DNA of 64,000 nt, taken from contig CAMTVK010000021.1 in assembly GCA_947085185.1 (NCBI GenBank), positions 28,698 to 92,697 of the forward strand, written 5' to 3'. Made by a program: the position numbers and the translations under genes. This document shows positions 17,977-27,585 of this stretch, one piece after another. The notes below the pieces were generated by a model that was not told the origin of the DNA, did not search any database, and saw nothing but the letters and a program-made list of their open reading frames with translations. Within the stretch, counting starts at the first letter, position 1. Every line of letters begins with the position of its first letter. This stretch comes from Candidatus Fraserbacteria bacterium (GTDB lineage: Bacteria; Bipolaricaulota; Bipolaricaulia; RBG-16-55-9; DRXL01).

Positions 17977-20349
17977 GTGAACTCGCTCGCACCTCCGGCA
18001 GGGTTTGAGTTGGTTGATACAAGCCGTGTGGAACTTCCCACGGTGTTGTCTATATTGCCTTTGAAAAATACGGTGGTCTTTCCTCACTCGGTCTTGCCTT
18101 TGACGGTGGGCCGCGAAAGCTCAGTCAAGCTTATCGAGGATGCGCTGGCGGGCACGAGGATCATCGGGGTACTCACGCAGCGCGATCCCAACGTCGAGCA
18201 TCCCACCCGTGAGGACGTCTATCATATCGGGACGATCTGCAAGATCGCGCGGGTGCTCAAGACCCCCAACAATGCGCTCTTGCTCTGGGTGCAGGGGCTG
18301 AGCCGTTTTGCTGTCGAGACGTTTACTCAAGAGACGCCCTACTTGGTCGCCCAGATCAAGCCGTTGGAATCGGTCGTCGAAGAAGATATTGAAACAGAAG
18401 CGCTGAGCAAGCAAGTCGCGGCGCTCTTCCAAAAGATGCTCTCCCTCATGCCCAACCCGCACATGGAGATCCATGCGATGGCCTCAAGCTTGAGCGATCC
18501 GGGGCATCTGGCGGACTTCATTACAGCGAATCTCGACGTGGAGGTCGAGGCCAAACAGCGGGTGCTCGAGACGCTCAACGTGAAGGAGCGTCTGACTTTC
18601 GTCTTACGGTTGCTCGAAGAAGAGAACGAGATTTTAGAAGTGGGCTCGCGCATCCACACCCGAGTTCAAGAGGAGATCGGTCGGTCCACACGAGAGAGGA
18701 TCTTGCGCGAGCAGATGGAGGCGATCAAGAAGGAGCTCGGAGAAGAAGAAGGCCCGGAGATCGAGGAGCTGCGCCGCAAGATCAAGCAAGCTAAGATGCC
18801 TAAGGACGCCGAGAAAGAAGCCCTGCGCGAGCTCGAGCGCCTGGCGCAGATGCACCCCAGCTCGGCGGAGTACACGGTCTCGCGTACGTATTTGGATTGG
18901 TTGATCGCGTTGCCGTGGTCGAAAGCGACCAAAGATATGCTCGATATTGCGCGCGCTCGCCAGATTCTCGATGAAGATCACTATAACTTAGAGAAGGTGA
19001 AAGAGCGCATCTTGGAGTACTTAGCGGTGCTCAAGCTCAAGAAGGACATGAAAGGGCCGATCTTGTGTCTGGTGGGGCCGCCGGGGGTGGGGAAGACGTC
19101 TCTGGGGCGCTCGATTGCCCGTGCGTTGGGGAGAAAATTCGTGCGCATCTCTTTGGGGGGCGTGCGCGATGAAGCTGAGATTCGTGGGCATCGGCGCACC
19201 TACGTGGGCGCACTGCCCGGACGGATTATTCAAGGGCTGCGCCGCGCCAACTCGAAAAACCCCGTGTTCATGCTCGATGAGATAGACAAGATGAGCAGCG
19301 ACTTTCGCGGCGATCCCGCCTCGGCCTTGCTCGAGGTCCTCGACCCAGAGCAGAACAATAATTTCACGGATCACTACTTAGATCTGCCGTTCGATCTGTC
19401 GCGGGTGCTCTTCATCACGACAGCCAATGTGTTATATACTATTCCCAGCCCCTTGCTCGACCGCATGGAGGTGCTCGAGCTGCCTGGGTACTCTGAGGAC
19501 GAAAAGATTCAGATCGCCCAGAGATATTTGATCCCTAAGCAGATCAAAGCGCATGGGTTGCGGGCGCATCACGTGGAGTTCAGCGACGCGGCGCTGCGCC
19601 AGATCATTCGCGACTACACCCACGAAGCAGGGGTGAGAAATCTGGAGCGCGAGATCGGCGCAGTCTGTCGGAAGATCGCTGTGCAGGTCGCTGAGAAGAA
19701 AGATCGCTCCAGGCGATTCATTGAGCCAGCCGACGTGAGCAAGATGCTTGGGCCACCACGGTACTTTTCAGAGGTGTCCGAGCGCTTGACGAAGTCCGGC
19801 GTGGCCATCGGCATGGTGGTCACCCAAGTCGGCGGGGATATTGTCTTCATCGAGGCGACCAAGATGAAGGGCAAAGGCGAGCTCAAGCTCACCGGGCAGC
19901 TTGGGGAGGTGATGCGCGAGTCCGCGCAAGCCGCGCTCAGCTACATTCGTGCTCATGCTGAACAGTTCGGGATTGATCCAGACTTCTTTGCCACCCATGA
20001 TATTCATATTCACGTGCCTGAGGGGGCCATCCCCAAGGACGGCCCCTCGGCGGGCGTGACGCTCGTGACGGCGTTGGTGTCGCTCTTGACCGATACGCCA
20101 GTGCAGCCCGATTTAGCTATGACCGGCGAGATCACCCTGCGCGGCAAGGTCCTGCCCGTCGGTGGGATCCGGGAGAAGGTGCTTGCGGCTCATCGCACGG
20201 GGATCAAGACCGTGATCTTGCCCAAGCGCAACGAAAAAGATTTAGAAGAGCTACCGCAGAACGTCAAAGACGCGTTGCGCATTGAGTTTGTCGAAGAGAT
20301 CTCAGAGGTCTTAGAGATCGCGCTCCCTCGCTATGCCGAAGTCTCCTAA
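17977..20349 (+). CDS. lon: Lon protease (endopeptidase La)
   Basis: LON N-domain, [17 protein letters not shown] catalytic Ser, GGIREK. Confidence 0.98.
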   Translation: MNSLAPPAGFELVDTSRVELPTVLSILPLKNTVVFPHSVLPLTVGRESSVKLIEDALAGTRIIGVLTQRDPNVEHPTREDVYHIGTICKIARVLKTPNNALLLWVQGLSRFAVETFTQETPYLVAQIKPLESVVEEDIETEALSKQVAALFQKMLSLMPNPHMEIHAMASSLSDPGHLADFITANLDVEVEAKQRVLETLNVKERLTFVLRLLEEENEILEVGSRIHTRVQEEIGRSTRERILREQMEAIKKELGEEEGPEIEELRRKIKQAKMPKDAEKEALRELERLAQMHPSSAEYTVSRTYLDWLIALPWSKATKDMLDIARARQILDEDHYNLEKVKERILEYLAVLKLKKDMKGPILCLVGPPGVGKTSLGRSIARALGRKFVRISLGGVRDEAEIRGHRRTYVGALPGRIIQGLRRANSKNPVFMLDEIDKMSSDFRGDPASALLEVLDPEQNNNFTDHYLDLPFDLSRVLFITTANVLYTIPSPLLDRMEVLELPGYSEDEKIQIAQRYLIPKQIKAHGLRAHHVEFSDAALRQIIRDYTHEAGVRNLEREIGAVCRKIAVQVAEKKDRSRRFIEPADVSKMLGPPRYFSEVSERLTKSGVAIGMVVTQVGGDIVFIEATKMKGKGELKLTGQLGEVMRESAQAALSYIRAHAEQFGIDPDFFATHDIHIHVPEGAIPKDGPSAGVTLVTALVSLLTDTPVQPDLAMTGEITLRGKVLPVGGIREKVLAAHRTGIKTVILPKRNEKDLEELPQNVKDALRIEFVEEISEVLEIALPRYAEVS

Positions 20350-21196
20350 GCGACGCGTGGTGGTGATAGCGCCGCATCCCGACGACGAGGTGCTTGCTAC
20401 CGGCGGAGTCATCCAAGAGCATCTGCGCAAGGGGCACATCGTCACAGTGATATTGGTGACGTGCGGGGATGGGCAGCGACGCGGGCTGCTCCTGCCACCA
20501 CGACACTTCCGACGCTTGGGGGAGCGCCGCTATCGCGAGTCAATAGAAGCCCTCAGATTTTTAGGATTACCGGAGAAATACGTGATCGCGTTGGGGTATC
20601 CTGACCGTGGCTTGGCCCATCTGTGTGGCGATGGAGTCTATACGTCGCGCTACACGAAAGTCTGTGCGGTCCCCTATGAGTGGGCCTACAGCCCCGGCGC
20701 GCCGTACACCCGAGAGTCCGTGCTGCACGATCTGAGGAAGATCATAGAGCGCGAGCGCCCTCACGTCATCTATCTGCCCCACCCCAGCGATCGCCATAGC
20801 GATCATCGGGCGACGTATCTGTTGACCCATACAGCCCTCGGTGCAGAGTGCTCAACGCTCTCACAGCTCATATCGTATCGGTACTATCTTATTCATTATG
20901 GGGCGTGGCCGCTGCCGGCAGGCCACTATCCCCAGCGGCGCTTGCTGCCTCCTCGGGCCTTGCGCGCCGGCGCGACCTGGATGGAACACCCTCTCCGCCC
21001 GGAGCAGATCGAGCGCAAAGGCCAAGCGATCCGATACTATCGCAGCCAGACCCAATATATCGCCGACCATCTGTTGAGCTTTGTACGGTGCAATGAGCTG
21101 TTTGATCTCAATCCCTCTCTCCAGAACGAGATTCGTCTTCCAAGACTGCTAATTGATCTTCGTCGAGTCCAAAGTAGTGTCCAATCTCGTGAATGA
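20333..21196 (+). CDS. PIG-L/LmbE family deacetylase
   Basis: APHPDDE, GYPD, D.HSDH, Y.SQ. Confidence 0.9.
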   Translation: MPKSPKRRVVVIAPHPDDEVLATGGVIQEHLRKGHIVTVILVTCGDGQRRGLLLPPRHFRRLGERRYRESIEALRFLGLPEKYVIALGYPDRGLAHLCGDGVYTSRYTKVCAVPYEWAYSPGAPYTRESVLHDLRKIIERERPHVIYLPHPSDRHSDHRATYLLTHTALGAECSTLSQLISYRYYLIHYGAWPLPAGHYPQRRLLPPRALRAGATWMEHPLRPEQIERKGQAIRYYRSQTQYIADHLLSFVRCNELFDLNPSLQNEIRLPRLLIDLRRVQSSVQSRE

Positions 21197-21473
21197 CCGT
21201 GAGACGAACCTGATGGCGGATCTCTTCTTCGTCGCCCCCAGAGACAGCTTCAATGTTTTTCTGAAAGATATAGATGACATCGGGTTGCATCGGATCGGTG
21301 AAGACCGAGCGTTCGGTCAACGGAACCCCATCATAGAGCCCTAAGAGGGTCTCATCAGGGGGATCGGGACGATCTTTGATGACGATCATCACGTTCTGGA
21401 GACGATCTTTGAAGAACTGAGGGAGGCTCTCCACTGCTTGCCAGACGAGCTTTTCAAACTGTGCGCGGGTCAT
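21108..21473 (-). CDS. minimal zincin-like metallopeptidase (DUF1025)
   Basis: LLGLYDGVPLTER, TVIHEIGHYFG. Confidence 0.9.
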   Translation of the reverse strand: MTRAQFEKLVWQAVESLPQFFKDRLQNVMIVIKDRPDPPDETLLGLYDGVPLTERSVFTDPMQPDVIYIFQKNIEAVSGGDEEEIRHQVRLTVIHEIGHYFGLDEDQLAVLEDESRSGERD

Positions 21474-21564
21474 TGGGGATCACGCTCTTGCGCAGAGTAT
21501 ATCGGAGTCTGGTACTTCTGACAAGCTCGTTGCACGATGTGAGTTTCCTTGCTACACTCAATGT

Positions 21565-22161
21565 ATGCGCGTGCTCGTGGGTGTGATAGTGTGTGTGGCG
21601 CTCTCTGGGGGATCGGGCGTATTTGCTCAGAATCAGCCGAGTGATTTTTTTATGGAGGAGTTCACATTTGGGTTGCTGGGGGGGCTGGTGGGCGGCCCGG
21701 TGCTCGAGCTGATCTATGTGAGCACCCTCTGCCGTGAAGCGCCTAATCCTGTGTTGTGTCAAGAACTGGGCATAGCGACCATGCAGCTTGTCGTGTATCT
21801 TATTACGTTGCCTGCGGGCGTGAGCGCAGGGGTGATCATCGCCGGTTGGTGGCGTGGTGTGGAGAACTCCCTGAGGGGGTATCTGTTGACTTATACGTTC
21901 GCGGCGGTGGGCTCAGTGACGGGCTGGCTCAACGCTGCTGGCATCATTCAAGTCATGGACTTTCTTATGGTGACGCTGGGGTGGGATTTGAGCGACTACG
22001 TGGCGGACATCTACACGCTTACCCGTGTGGCGCTGCCCATACTCTATGCGTCTTTTTTGGGAACGGTGTGGTTCAACACCAACGCACGAATGCGTCAGAC
22101 GTCTTCTGTAGTAGCTCCGTCGTCTCTCTGGAAGATCCCACTCTTTGCGGTGCGCTTCTAG
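21565..22161 (+). CDS. hypothetical membrane protein
   Basis: Signal peptide and several Gly-rich TM helices; no recognised family. Confidence 0.65.
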   Translation: MRVLVGVIVCVALSGGSGVFAQNQPSDFFMEEFTFGLLGGLVGGPVLELIYVSTLCREAPNPVLCQELGIATMQLVVYLITLPAGVSAGVIIAGWWRGVENSLRGYLLTYTFAAVGSVTGWLNAAGIIQVMDFLMVTLGWDLSDYVADIYTLTRVALPILYASFLGTVWFNTNARMRQTSSVVAPSSLWKIPLFAVRF

Positions 22162-23468
22162 CAATCTGGGATCGCCGGCAGCGCAAGCTTTACGTGTTCG
22201 ATCTCGATATCCCATGGCGTAGGCGCGAGCACAAGCAGCGCTGCTGGCACCATCTCTAGGGGCATGAGCGTCGAGCCGACCGCTCCCCCAAGCGCAAAAG
22301 TGACGTCTTTGCCATAGATATCGAAGAGATAGCCGTCCGCATCTTGAGAGGATTTCAGAATCTCTTTGAGAGTGTTGACGACCCCGGCGCGACAGAAGGT
22401 CTCGCCCTCAAGGTAGACTTCGATCTTGGCGATCCGATAGTTCTTGCACGCCGGGCATTTGGGGGTATCTGGGGCTAAAATCTTGCGATCCATGCGATAC
22501 CCATAGACGACGGGCGCTGTGCCCGCTAGATACTTTTCGTTAAGAAGAACTTGTGCTTGCGCACCGGCTTCCCACGTCAGCACGCCAAGAAAGTGCGCAT
22601 AGTCGCTGGGCGACATGAAATTATTCTTACTCTCGGCGAAGAGCCAAATATGTAACGCTCCCACGCGCGCTCCCCTTCGTAATCGCGCAAGCGCATCGGT
22701 GAGCACTCTCTCGATCTGCTCGCGGCTGAGACGTTTCGGACGATCTAAGACATAGCGATAGAGCCATGACGGCCCGTGCTCGGTTGAGCCGATCTCGTGT
22801 CTATCGTAGAGACGATATGTGATATCTTCGACGGCAAACACAGTGGGCTCCGGCGCTCTGACTTCGATCCTGACGGAGGTATCTTGAGTGGTGGCCCCAT
22901 GATCGTCGGTGACGGTGAGCGTGACCTCGTAGATGCCAGGCTCGGTGTACGTATACGTTGAATTTGGTTCGGTGCTTGTTGTGTTATTGCCGAAGTCCCA
23001 CAGATATGCTGTGATGGAGCCGTCGGGGTCTTTGGAGGCGCTGCTGGAGAACTGCACGGTGAGCGGGGGCTCGCCGGAGACGTATTTACTGGGGACGCTC
23101 TCTGGGGAGTCGGGGAGCTTGACGGTCGCAAAGGCGATGGGCTCTTGATTGATAGAGAAAGTGACGCGAGCGCTCGTCTTGGTGTTCTTATTATCGGTCA
23201 CGGTCAGCTCGACGGTGTAGCGGCCGCCCGTGGGGTAGGTGTGTTGTGGAGACGCTTCGGTGCTGGTGGAGCCATCGCCGAAGTTCCATAGAATAGATTG
23301 AATTTCGCCGTCGGGGTCGGACCATTCTCCCGAAAACTGCACGGTGCGCTCGGTGAAGAAGGCGCCATCGGTTGGGCGGGTGATGCGTGCGGTGGGCGGT
23401 TTATTTGAAGCACAGCTGGTGACGATGAGTGCGACAAGCAGAGCTAGTATTTTGAGTCTTCTTGGCAT
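22158..23468 (-). CDS. PKD-domain lipoprotein
   Basis: VTSC lipobox; two PKD repeats (DPDG..WNFGDG..PQHTY; WDFGN...YTY..PG.Y.V.LTVTDD). Confidence 0.85.
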   Translation of the reverse strand: MPRRLKILALLVALIVTSCASNKPPTARITRPTDGAFFTERTVQFSGEWSDPDGEIQSILWNFGDGSTSTEASPQHTYPTGGRYTVELTVTDNKNTKTSARVTFSINQEPIAFATVKLPDSPESVPSKYVSGEPPLTVQFSSSASKDPDGSITAYLWDFGNNTTSTEPNSTYTYTEPGIYEVTLTVTDDHGATTQDTSVRIEVRAPEPTVFAVEDITYRLYDRHEIGSTEHGPSWLYRYVLDRPKRLSREQIERVLTDALARLRRGARVGALHIWLFAESKNNFMSPSDYAHFLGVLTWEAGAQAQVLLNEKYLAGTAPVVYGYRMDRKILAPDTPKCPACKNYRIAKIEVYLEGETFCRAGVVNTLKEILKSSQDADGYLFDIYGKDVTFALGGAVGSTLMPLEMVPAALLVLAPTPWDIEIEHVKLALPAIPDC

Positions 23469-23570
23469 AGCGATCCCTTTGTCGGCTCAATCATAGTGCA
23501 TGCTGAGCCCGGTGTGCAAGTGAGCGATTTGCTCTTGTGTGCTCCGTAGTGTATTGTAATGCAGGGGGTG

Positions 23571-23642
23571 ATGAATGTGCGCAAGAGTGCGCGTCGTCGC
23601 ACGAAGAGACTGAAACGTTCTCAGGGGAAGCGCAAGGGCTAA
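23571..23642 (+). CDS. unannotated 23-aa highly basic peptide
   Basis: MNVRKSARRRTKRLKRSQGKRKG*; GGGGGTG RBS; TTGCTC-17-TATTGT promoter at 23529-23557. Confidence 0.6.
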   Translation: MNVRKSARRRTKRLKRSQGKRKG

Positions 23643-23666
23643 GCTTGCCCTTAGGAAGAATCAATA

Positions 23667-23723
23667 GGCTCCAATGACGCTACAATCAAGCTGTGGGACA
23701 TCAGCGATCTGGTGGGGAGGTGA
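23667..23723 (+). pseudogene. C-terminal remnant of a WD40-repeat protein gene
   Basis: GSNDATIKLWDISDLVGR* preceded by an in-frame stop, with no start codon. Confidence 0.65.
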
Positions 23724-23725
23724 GC

Positions 23726-23956
23726 ATGAGCAAGAAGCAGAAAGAAATCTTAAGATTGCTCGTCACCCTGGAGCCGGGCGAGGATGGCTATATCATCGCC
23801 GAATGCCCGGCCATCCCCGGGTGTATGACTCAGGGGAAGACGGAAGCCGAGGCCCTGGCCAATATTAAAGAGGCCATTATCGGCTGTCTGAAGGTCCGCC
23901 AGGAGATGGGCCTGCCGCTCACTGTGGAGACCCGCGAAGTCGAGGTGACCCTGTGA
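23726..23956 (+). CDS. hicB: HicB-family antitoxin
   Basis: GYIIAECPAIPGCMTQGKTEAEALANIKEAI. Confidence 0.9.
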   Translation: MSKKQKEILRLLVTLEPGEDGYIIAECPAIPGCMTQGKTEAEALANIKEAIIGCLKVRQEMGLPLTVETREVEVTL

Positions 23957-24062
23957 GTGGCACGCCTGCCTGTCGTGAGCGGGCGCGGGGCAGTTCGCGC
24001 GTGGCTTGATTCGCAAGGCGGGCTTGACGGTCGAAGAGTTCGTGAAGCTCCTGAAGTCCTAG
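23957..24062 (+). pseudogene. hicA: hicA toxin pseudogene (internal deletion plus frameshift)
   Basis: N-terminal MARLPVVSGRGAVRA joined out of frame to C-terminal RGLIRKAGLTVEEFVKLLKS*; the GSH core is missing. Confidence 0.8.
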
Positions 24063-24144
24063 GGCCTCCGGCTCCTTGACAATGCCCTTCTGAGAGAGCT
24101 ACAATAGAATTGCTTGAGGCCCGGCCTACGGCAAAGGAGAGATC

Positions 24145-24822
24145 ATGGGCCTCAAGCACAAGATAGAAAGATCGTTTGATTCGCTGAGAACAGCAGTTTG
24201 TTCTGTTCTTCAGCGATTTTGTTCTTCTAGAGATCTTGCACCATCTGGCCCGCGCCAGCTGCTTGGCCCCTGGGAAGTCGGTTGGTCCCTCGAGCTTTAT
24301 AGTTATCGTTTGGGAAGGACAAGGCGGCTGAGCGAGCTGGGGCGATTGGTGCGAAAGTACAAGTATCGTGGGCGGATTGATCTTGCGGATCGTTTGGTAG
24401 GTCGCATCTTGGCTTTTATGGAGCAGCACCCTGATCTGAAAGCGATAGACGGCATCATACCCGTACCGCCGTCGACAGAACGTCTGTACGATCCCGTGAG
24501 CTTGTTAGGACAAGTGCTGGCGCGACGCTTAGGCGTTCCCTTGCTCAGTGGGGCTTTGCGCAAGACCCGCACGACAGCTCGCCAGAAAGATATGCACTCC
24601 CGCTCACAGAAGCGCACGAACATCTCAGGCGCGTTCGTTGTTTGTGGCGACGTTCGCGGGAAATCGCTGTTAGTTCTAGATGATCTCTACGACTCCGGCG
24701 AGACGCTGAGGGAGGTGACGCGCGTGCTCAAGCGCGCTGGAGTACGTTCAGTGAAAGTCTTGACGCTGACACGCACGCGGTATTATGAGCACACTGCATT
24801 GGCTGGCTCTCACCAAAGTTGA
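24145..24822 (+). CDS. ComF-like phosphoribosyltransferase-domain protein
   Basis: IIPVPPS, LLVLDDLYDSGETL PRPP-binding loop; no N-terminal double zinc ribbon. Confidence 0.85.
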   Translation: MGLKHKIERSFDSLRTAVCSVLQRFCSSRDLAPSGPRQLLGPWEVGWSLELYSYRLGRTRRLSELGRLVRKYKYRGRIDLADRLVGRILAFMEQHPDLKAIDGIIPVPPSTERLYDPVSLLGQVLARRLGVPLLSGALRKTRTTARQKDMHSRSQKRTNISGAFVVCGDVRGKSLLVLDDLYDSGETLREVTRVLKRAGVRSVKVLTLTRTRYYEHTALAGSHQS

Positions 24823-25675
24823 CGGTCTAGGTGGGGCGCGGGCGCGCCGTCTGGTCGAGCACTTCGGCAGTGCCGAAGCTCTCTGGCACGCTGATATCGA
24901 GACGCTCGTGCACGTGACGGGACTGCCGTCAGAGAATTTCATGGCTCTCCGGCAGATCTCTCTGGAAGAGATTGCGCAAGAATTGCAAGCTCTTCGTCAG
25001 GAGGGGATCGCAGTCCTGACGCCCGACGACGCTGAGTACCCCATACTGTTGAGAGACCTCCGCGACGCCCCGCCGGTGCTCTATCTGCGTGGCTCGTTGG
25101 AGGTTCGAGATCAGTATGCCGTAGCTATTGTGGGCAGCCGCCTTGCCGATCCTGGCTCAGGCGATAAGAAGATGGCCTGGACGCACGCTTTAGCCAAAAC
25201 TTTAGCCGAGTGGGGGATCACCATTGTGAGCGGGTTGGCGCACGGAGTAGATTCGTGGGCGCACAGCGGGGCACTCGACGCTCGCGACGGCCGGACGATC
25301 GCGGTGCTGGGCTGCGGGCTGCGGCGCGTCTATCCCAAGCACAATACAGCGCTGGCAGATCGCATCGTTGCGCGTGGGGCGTTGCTCTCGGAGCTAGAAC
25401 CTAATGCGGGCACGTGCGGACAATTTCTGATGATGCGCGACCGACTCATCGCGGCGCTCTCGCACGCTGTGATCGTGATCGAAGCGCATGATCCCAGCGG
25501 AAGCCTCGACACAGCACAGCACGCTTTAAAACTCAAGCGTCGTGTGCTGGCAGTGCCGGGCAGCCCAGGGACGGAGAGGCTCATCGCTGAGGGCGCGGAG
25601 AAGATCGAGATCACTAAAATAGATGCAGATGAGCTCGCTCAGAGCATTCTCTGCGTGGATGGTGGGGGACGATGA
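24785..25675 (+). CDS. dprA: DprA/Smf-family protein
   Basis: AIVGSR, IVSGLAHGVD.WAH, RDRLIAALS, SGSLDTA, AVPG; lacks the C-terminal winged helix. Confidence 0.9.
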   Translation: MSTLHWLALTKVDGLGGARARRLVEHFGSAEALWHADIETLVHVTGLPSENFMALRQISLEEIAQELQALRQEGIAVLTPDDAEYPILLRDLRDAPPVLYLRGSLEVRDQYAVAIVGSRLADPGSGDKKMAWTHALAKTLAEWGITIVSGLAHGVDSWAHSGALDARDGRTIAVLGCGLRRVYPKHNTALADRIVARGALLSELEPNAGTCGQFLMMRDRLIAALSHAVIVIEAHDPSGSLDTAQHALKLKRRVLAVPGSPGTERLIAEGAEKIEITKIDADELAQSILCVDGGGR

Positions 25676-26466
25676 ACGGCTCAGTATATTATGGGCCGCC
25701 GACGGCGCTTGTGGCTATTATGAACAACAAAGCTGATTTCGCGCGTGCTCGGCACGAGCACTGGTACAGAATCCCGGTGCGCAGCGCGCCGCCGCGCGTC
25801 GATTTCTCTCAGTTGGTGCGTTTGGCGTTCTATCAAACCAAGATCTTCGGAGAGGAGAAATGGGCCGTGAACTATCACGCTGAGGTGCGCAGCGTTGATC
25901 GAGCCAAGCGCATCGAGCTGCTTCCTGACGAACGCGACCACCCTCGCGCCCAAGACGAGTATTATCGCCTCCAGATTGGCGATCTTGAGCGACTGCCCAA
26001 GCCCATTCCCAGCCGGCGCTGGCGCCGTATCGTCTTCATCCCAACAACGACGGAGAAGCTCTTTCAAGCTGAAGAGATCAACGACCTCTATCATGAAAGC
26101 CCCTTAGAGGACGAGCTGTGGCGTCATCTCAAGAGAGTTGGCATTCATGCGGAACGGCAGTTCTATATCGGCAAGCGAGATCGCATCTATTGTTTAGACT
26201 TTGCGATCTTCTGCGCGCGGGGGAACCTCAACGTCGAATGTAATGGTGAAGAATGGCACTCCGATCCAGAAGCGCAAGCGCGGGATGAGCAGAGAGACGC
26301 TGACCTGGCACAATGGGGCTGGTCGGTGTTGCGCCTGACGACGCATCAGATTCGCAGCCGGATGAACCAATCTCTCAGCTTGATTCAAGAGCATATTCTC
26401 GGCCTTGGTGGGCTCAAAGAACCGTCATCTGGACCCAAGCGCTCATCTCTCTCCCCATTCCCTTAA
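25672..26466 (+). CDS. DUF559/Vsr-like endonuclease with uncharacterised N-terminal domain
   Basis: ESPLE..LW, LDFAI, VECNG.EWH, RD..RD..L...GW.VLR. Confidence 0.8.
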   Translation: MNGSVYYGPPTALVAIMNNKADFARARHEHWYRIPVRSAPPRVDFSQLVRLAFYQTKIFGEEKWAVNYHAEVRSVDRAKRIELLPDERDHPRAQDEYYRLQIGDLERLPKPIPSRRWRRIVFIPTTTEKLFQAEEINDLYHESPLEDELWRHLKRVGIHAERQFYIGKRDRIYCLDFAIFCARGNLNVECNGEEWHSDPEAQARDEQRDADLAQWGWSVLRLTTHQIRSRMNQSLSLIQEHILGLGGLKEPSSGPKRSSLSPFP

Positions 26467-27585
26467 TCATGGCGGGAGCTGCTTGGGGAAGTTTATATCG
26501 CTCAACCCCGACGACGTCACGATGCGCCCATCGTCCGTGACTACGATGGCTTCAACGTTGGGCAGGCTCTCGATGAGCTCCATTCCCTTCTGCGCCCCCA
26601 AGACGAAGACCGCGGTGCTGAGCGCGTCGGCTTCCATCGCTGTGGGGGCGAGGATCGTCGCGCTGATGGTGCCGCGCGCCGGCATCCCCGTCTTGGGATC
26701 AATGATGTGATGATAGCGAATCTTGCCGGGCTCGTCCGCGTAGTGACACGGGAAGATATTCCCTAAAAAATCTGCGAAAAAGCATCGCTGATAGTCCCCG
26801 GAGGTCGCCAGCGCCCGATCTCCCCAAATCTCTAAAATTCCCAAAATCTTCTGCTCATCGCGGGGGTGTTGGACGGCTATGCGGAACGGTCGCCGATCCT
26901 CCCACCACAAGACTTTTCTGGGACGATCATTGAAGACCCGAATGTTCCCACCAGCATCAACGAGCGCGCGCTCGATCTCATGCTCTTTGAGGATTTCTAC
27001 GACTCGATCGACGATATACCCCTTGGCAATGCCCCCCAAGTCAACCTCGACGGTAGCGCTGGAGAGCCGAGCAGTCTGGGAGGGCCTATCGAGAATGATC
27101 TCGCGCGGCTCTTCTATCAATGGGTGCAGGGATGCTGGCGCGGGGATGCGCCCGACTCCGGAGCGATCCCAGTCTTGCGTGAACCCCCACAGATTGACGA
27201 TCTTTCCCAGGGTGGGATCGAACGCGCCCGCACTGAGAGCGCGATAGGCGAGAGCCGCTTCTAACACGGTGAAGACGTCTCGTGAGAGCGGGACCGGCTC
27301 GCGCGCGCCACGACGGTTGAGCTCCCCCAGCGATCCCGTCCCAATGCGACTGAACTCCTCCGAAAGTCTTTTGGCTTCAGCGAACGCTGCGCGCACGGCT
27401 TGCTGCGCGTGCTCGTGGGAGCGACTCTGCGCTTTGATGCGAAAATATGTGCCCAAAAGATACTGTTCTTCTTGGACAACGGCGACCCGTCCTTGGAGAT
27501 AGAGCAAGACGAGCGAGAGCGCCACAATGATACAGAGAGAGATCTTTAAAACAGAGAGCGCGCGTCGCACCGTTAGCCGATCCAC
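26467..27585 (-). CDS. apbE: FAD:protein FMN transferase
   Basis: GAFDPT, DLGGIAKGY, ATSGDYQR, YHHIIDPKTG, ADALST. Confidence 0.94.
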   Translation of the reverse strand: MDRLTVRRALSVLKISLCIIVALSLVLLYLQGRVAVVQEEQYLLGTYFRIKAQSRSHEHAQQAVRAAFAEAKRLSEEFSRIGTGSLGELNRRGAREPVPLSRDVFTVLEAALAYRALSAGAFDPTLGKIVNLWGFTQDWDRSGVGRIPAPASLHPLIEEPREIILDRPSQTARLSSATVEVDLGGIAKGYIVDRVVEILKEHEIERALVDAGGNIRVFNDRPRKVLWWEDRRPFRIAVQHPRDEQKILGILEIWGDRALATSGDYQRCFFADFLGNIFPCHYADEPGKIRYHHIIDPKTGMPARGTISATILAPTAMEADALSTAVFVLGAQKGMELIESLPNVEAIVVTDDGRIVTSSGLSDINFPKQLPP

